Part shown: piece after piece, positions 58,688-64,000 of the stretch
Layout of the letters: each line of letters opens with the position of its first letter
Numbering within the stretch: the stretch's first letter is position 1
Program-made: the position numbers and the translations under genes
Assembly: GCF_000143415.4 (NCBI RefSeq)
Contig: NW_003314261.1
Location: 1-64,000, forward strand
DNA: 64,000 bases
Reading direction: 5' to 3'
Source: Selaginella moellendorffii
Taxonomy: Eukaryota > Plantae > Lycopodiophyta
The notes under the pieces: generated by a model
What the model was told of the DNA's origin: nothing
The model's input: the letters and a program-made list of their open reading frames with translations, nothing else
The model's database searches: none

Positions 58688-61600
58688 TTAAATCTCACCT
58701 TGAACCCGGGTTATGAATGCTCTTGCTGCATCCCTTGCATGGTCTGGCAAGGTGATGGTGGCACTCTGCTTCCGCATCCAACCATACACAACATTATCCA
58801 CCGATATGCTCATGCTGGGATCCCTTGGATTCAGCACCCATCTCTTTTCTAGGCAATCCTTCGTATATCCGGAACTTGGCTTGAACCACTCCATAGTTAC
58901 ATTGAAGGAGTTAGTTTCCGCGTCCTCCTCTGCATCAGTGATGCAGCGCCCCACCCATATCATTTGTTTTTTATTACTGGGTCTGACAAGCACGACCATT
59001 CCTTTGCAGACTTGTACTGGATTGAATGCTGAATCCGGCTTCTTGTTCCTCGGCCCACAATAGTGATCCTCAACATCGTTATCTGTCACTGCATTTCCAG
59101 AGGACATTGTTCCGCTACTATCTGGTGCTCTGGGTTCTAGCCAAAAGGACTCTTCCAATTCTTCATATACAACCGGCCCATTTTGGATAGCAGATATAAT
59201 CTTCTCCCAGTATTCGAGCAAAGGCTTGCACCTCTTAAAATAGGATTCTCCACCAAACACCAACCCCCTCTTCTAGAAGGCAATATGCTGTCTAATCCCA
59301 GCCACTATACTTTCCTGGTCTTTGAGTCCATCCGGGTGCATCGGCCGTGGGGAACCCTGAGGAATCATAGGTTCCCCAGTTATGGGATCTCTCTTGAAGA
59401 GTTCAATGCCGTCCACTGGCAGCCACACTGTGTCCCATTCTCTCATCTTGTACCTCATCACTGGAGCACCGTCACGCATGCTGAAATGAAACTGAAGAGG
59501 CTTGGAGTGGCCAATCAGCGTTTCGGATCCGTCCCTGATGTAGCCTCTTACAAACCCCTTAAAGTCTGGAACCTCTGTCACAAGTGCAGCTTCAACAGTG
59601 CCTTTGATGCAATTTTGGAATTCATCGTAGAGTTGTGGGAGGGTGAGGACATTGGATCGCCGGAGGGACTCTGCCAGGTGACTGAACATGGCATCGACGT
59701 CTTCATGAGTGTGCCCAACCATGAGAAAGCCAAGTGTAACCGTTTCAAATATGCCTTTGGCAACAAGCATCGCCAAGTACGCGAAGACGTACATGTTTTT
59801 GTTCTCACTGCCAGCATTGTCTGTTTGGAGCAGAAGATGGGGTGGAAGGCCACATCGGCCGCAAGAACTTCCTTGAGATTCTGCTTCGTTTGGATGAGGC
59901 TGTGCATTCACCGGGCGACCAGCCTCGTCGGAATGGCATGAGGCCTCACGTGATAACCCTACAATCTGACGGCCAACATATTCACTGGGATGGCATGGGG
60001 CCCCACGCGATACTGCAAGCCTTTGCTCCTCCTCCAGCTGAACCCTGTATGGGGTTCGATCGACAAAAGCCTTATGCAAGGGTTGGCCGTTCAGCTCAGT
60101 CTGCGCACTTTGCAGAGACCTTAAGTGTTTTGCTAGGGACACAATCATCATGTTTGCACCCCCGCCACCCCATAGAGGTACAAAGAAGTTCCTATAGTTC
60201 TGGGCACCATGCCCATGAGCGATTATGCCAAACAGAGACACAGGCAGCTGCATGGATGAAGAGATTGCCTTGGGGGCAGGATTGAGTCGAGGTAAGCACG
60301 TCTTTTTCTGGTCCATTTTGTCGTGGATGATGCAGAGGTAAGAGTCAGGTCTCTCCATGGAGAGAATCCTGTTATGATAATATGCAGTCCTGCAGCTTCT
60401 CTGCTCGATGTTGTGGTCGAGCCGCCTTCTAACCAACGTCTCTCGCTCTTGAGCGCTGCAAGAATTCTTCGACAAAGCCATTTTGATAGCAGTGCACTCG
60501 TCACACTTTGAAAAGCTGGAGTACTTTCCTATACTCACATCCCTGAACCTGTTGCTCCACAATCTACTAAATCTAGATTAGCTCAGCTTCCTGTAGCCAT
60601 TACTCTGGAGTTCCCGATTCACATCTTCCAATATGGCCCCCTTGGTATACATGGAAGGGAGAACTCGTTGGGTGTCTCGTGTTCCATCTTTCAAGAGGCG
60701 GGTTTTATGTGGTTGCTGCTCGCTACATGTCTCGACAAACCTCTTGAAGATTGCCTCTCCATATACAACATGACCCCTGGTTTTGTGCGTACCGTCGTTC
60801 CCATGGACTGCCTGTTGAACCCTTTGTTCCTCGAACTCAGTTTTGATTCTATAGAATGTGGTTCGAGGGACTCCATAAATGATTCTCTATGCCTTCATGC
60901 AGACCAAACCCCTCTGGAAGACCATGCCCCCCACCTGATGTTCTGAAGCATCAACAGATGACCGTAATGCCTCATACACAAAATTGCGAGCTGCCTTCCA
61001 GGACAATGTCTTGTATCTTGATCTCTCCTCTTCAATAGCATCCCAATCAGCATGTTGACAGCACCTCCTCTTGCAACAAGCAACTGTCGAGACCATTCGA
61101 ACCTCCATCGCCATTTTCTGCCTTTTCGGTTCGTTGCTCAGATCCCTTTGGCTGCGCTGTAGGAAGGTGTACTTTCTTTTCCCATGAAGAGATGTTCTGT
61201 CATCAGTTGTAGTGGTGTTTGATTGTGAATCCTTCACATTCTCAAACACTAAATGCCTCAATTTCCACCGCACAATGCTTCCAATAGTCAGACTGTTTTC
61301 TTCTGTGTCAACAACCTCTAAAATCGCAACTCCAATATCATCCCAGCCCAATTCTTGATTAGCAACCGCATCTCTTGGATCGACAACTGTGGCTAAGCCC
61401 TCAGCTACCACCTCCCCCTCGGGGTTGTTTAGAAACACCTTTGCCTGAATCCATGTAGCACAGTTCTTAAGATCCACGGAGGGAACATGCGTCGCACTTG
61501 CGCTGTCCCCAACATCTGCTTTCTTCTGCAGATTTTTCAAGGCAACAACAACATTTACCCCGACGACCATCTCTCCTCGTTCAATAGTAACCACATTCCC

Positions 61601-61753
61601 ATCGAAGACAGTCTCTACTGATACAGCAGCATTGCCTTCCCCAAGCCTTTGACAGTGTATAACAAAGTTCCGATCCATAGACACAAGGGTCCCTTTTGCA
61701 ACTCTCTTCCCACCATTCAAAATGTAAACCTTTTCCCCAACCCTGAAGGCCAT
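58688..61753 (-). pseudogene. Sola-like DDD transposase (~1020 codons, single frame with three nonsense mutations)
   Basis: ORFs 60887-61753, 59273-60562 and 58688-59263 share one frame (stops at 60887, 60578, 59273). Motifs CCKRRCCQH, FSKCDEC, IIHDKMDQKKT.LP, LLLQTDNAGSENKN, FLMVGHTHEDVDAMFS. Superfamily label is from motif recall; TIRs not identified. Confidence 0.7.
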
Positions 61754-62117
61754 TCTGAAAGTGCAGAAAAGAAGTTAAGACCATACAAAAAATGATTGGA
61801 GAATGGCCTAAATCATAACATACCAAACAACCTCAATAGCATGAGGCCACATGCCATTATTCAAACATGCTATTGACACCCACGTGAAATTTCGCATTCA
61901 CAAAATTGGCATGAGGCCTCATGCCATCTTGATATACACACAGCTGCAGGCAAGTAAAAACATACATGACAATACGCTAGCCATGAAATTGCAAGGGCCC
62001 AAGATGGCATGTGGCCTCATGCCATTTCTAAATGTGGTCCTAAACCATTCCATGGTGAACATACCAGGAAGCACAAGTGCCGAATATCAAGAGGAAGCGG
62101 TAGCCACACCAAAGACA

Positions 62118-62300
62118 GTGCCGCTCGCAACACCGCAACTACTCGTAGCGCCGCTCGCAACACCACAACTGCTCGTAGCGCCGCTCGCACAAACTGCCAC
62201 TCGCATAAACTGCCGCTCGCAATGGCGCTCGCAATGCCGCAACCGCTTGTAGACGCATAAACCACAGCTCACAACGCCGCTTACACAAGCAGCGCTCACT
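62118..62300. repeat. Short GC-rich repeats of GCCGCTCGCA upstream of the Sola-like ORF
   Basis: GCGCCGCTCGCAACACC(G/A)CAACT(A/G)CTCGTA-type 30-bp units and variants. Confidence 0.75.
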
Positions 62301-62561
62301 GCGCTCAGCGGAACCAAGAACACGGCGCACAAAAATGATAGACCTAGGAATGAGTTCGAGAATTCAAAAATAACACACGCTTGAACGTCACATCAAATCC
62401 TTTGACAAACCAGATCTTATGATTCCTCTGACAAATTTCAAACTGAGTAGCTTCTAGACTTTGCTGTCAGAGGTTGAACTTTGTCACATCATGTCCTTGC
62501 CTCGATCCAGCTATGCCATGTCAGTGATTCGAACTTTGCCATGCCATGTCAGCGATCCGCG

Positions 62562-64000
62562 CCAAGATTATTCGCCATGTAAAGGAATAATTATGCTGTG
62601 TGTGTACGTCCATTTATGGCAATATAAGGCCACACGCCATTCAAAGAATAATGCTAGTCGAGCATTTTTTGGTGCATTTTTGGGTTCAAAATTGCATGAG
62701 CCCACACGCTATAAAGTTTACCTGTACCAAAAATAGAAACAGCTTTATTTACTTGGGAATTTAAGTGGTTGAGGCATTTTTAAACTTACAAACACATGCC
62801 CTACTTACATTCATTTGGTTGCTTAAAATTCAAAAATATTATAAACCTTTCTTTTTGCATTTTCAATGTTTTCAATTATGGTTTTTGATTTTCGCAGGAC
62901 CAGCCTAGTAATCTATTTGCATCCCGTCATGTTTATAGCTAGCTTTCGTTTGTCCCCTTCGCTGGCCTGAGATACATCTGCTCGGAATCTGCCTCTTACA
63001 GCATTTGCCCAGAAAGGGCATCTTTCTTCACGCAGCATTTGCCACATGTTTAGGGTTAGGGTTTAGGGTTTAGGGTTTAGCAATTCAGTAGCTTGATAAA
63101 CATGCAAATACAGAACTTGATGCAAAATCCTTTGATATGTCACAATGCCCCTAGGACCATAAACACATTTCAATAGAGAGGGTCCTTTCATTTCATAACT
63201 CCTTACGTAGATCTTGGTGAAACCAGAGTTAGTGAAGTTGGTTTTTTGTGATCCCGCATCTGATTGTGATGTCCCTTTGCAGTGTCAATGGAAAGGTCAA
63301 TGCACACCAAACTGTAGAATCTTGGAGCAAAATAACGGTCGGATCTATGGCAAATGCCCCTGAAACATTGTAAGGCTCGTATGGTCTCATGTGGTGTCCG
63401 ATCGAGATGCTTCTTTGCAGGGTCATCAAGAAGGACATTGTATACCATTCTGTAAAATCTGGTTGCGATCTAACGGTTGGATCTCCAGGAAACTCAAAAC
63501 AATCTCGCACGTGTTAGAATATTCTAGGAATATACTCCTATGTGCTCCAAGATTATTCGCCGTGTAAAGGAATAATTATGCTGTGTCATTTATGGCAATA
63601 TAAGGCCACACGCCATTCAAAGAATAATGCTAGTCGAGCATTTTTTGGTGCATTTTTGGGTTCAAAATTGCATGAGCCCACACGCTATAAAGTTTACCTA
63701 TACCAAAAATAGAAACAGCTTTATTTACTTGGGAATTTAAGTGGTTGAGGCATTTTTAAACTTACAAACACATGCCCTACTTACATTCCTTTGGTTGCTT
63801 ACATTCCTTTGGTTGCTAGCTTTCGTTTGTCCCCTTCACTAGCCTGAGATACATCTGCTCGGCATCTGCGTCTTACAGCATTTGCCCAGAAAGGGCATCT
63901 TTCTTCACGCAGCATTTGCCACATGTTTAGGGTTTAGGGTTTAGGGTTTAGCAATTCAGTAGCTTGATAAACATGCAAATACAGAACTTGATGCAAAATC
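62562..64000. repeat. Tandem repeat (~0.9-1.0-kb period, at least 1.5 copies, runs off the window), each unit containing a telomeric tract (63049-63080, 63926-63951)
   Basis: CCAAGATTATTCGCC(A/G)TGTAAAGGAATAATTATG... at ~62562 and ~63547; copy 2 lacks ~110 bp; both have GCCACATG(TTTAGGG)nTTTAGCAATTCAGTAGCTTG. Confidence 0.92.

Noticed and set aside
63203-63510. Short minus-strand ORFs between the telomeric tracts
   Set aside because: No identifiable motifs; cannot be supported as genes.

Overview
Eukaryotic land-plant DNA: short GT-AG introns (~50-90 nt), a chloroplast PsbP-domain gene, a flagellar-type gene and TTTAGGG tracts. This points to a flagellated-sperm lineage, most plausibly a lycophyte such as Selaginella (inference). 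Bases 1-8.9 kb are gene-dense: an axonemal dynein light chain-domain/EF-hand gene, NADPH-cytochrome P450 reductase, and the 3' half of PPD4. PPD4 is cut at an intron acceptor by a Penelope-like retroelement whose 5' end is capped by telomeric repeats at 13.06-13.10 kb. The remaining ~51 kb is nested mobile DNA: two degraded Ty3/gypsy elements, a Ty1/copia, a TRIM, non-autonomous LTR elements with minisatellite-bearing LTRs, a Crinkler (CR)-type NTPase-nuclease pseudogene, a Sola-like transposase, a MITE and a telomere-tract tandem repeat. The best candidate for an undescribed system is a TIR-bounded Mutator-like element (36.4-44.2 kb). It carries, head-to-head with its SWIM transposase, an intron-containing gene that fuses a ParB-like domain to a bacterial-type beta-class N6A/N4C DNA methyltransferase domain. 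All family assignments come from motif recognition by eye; no searches were run.
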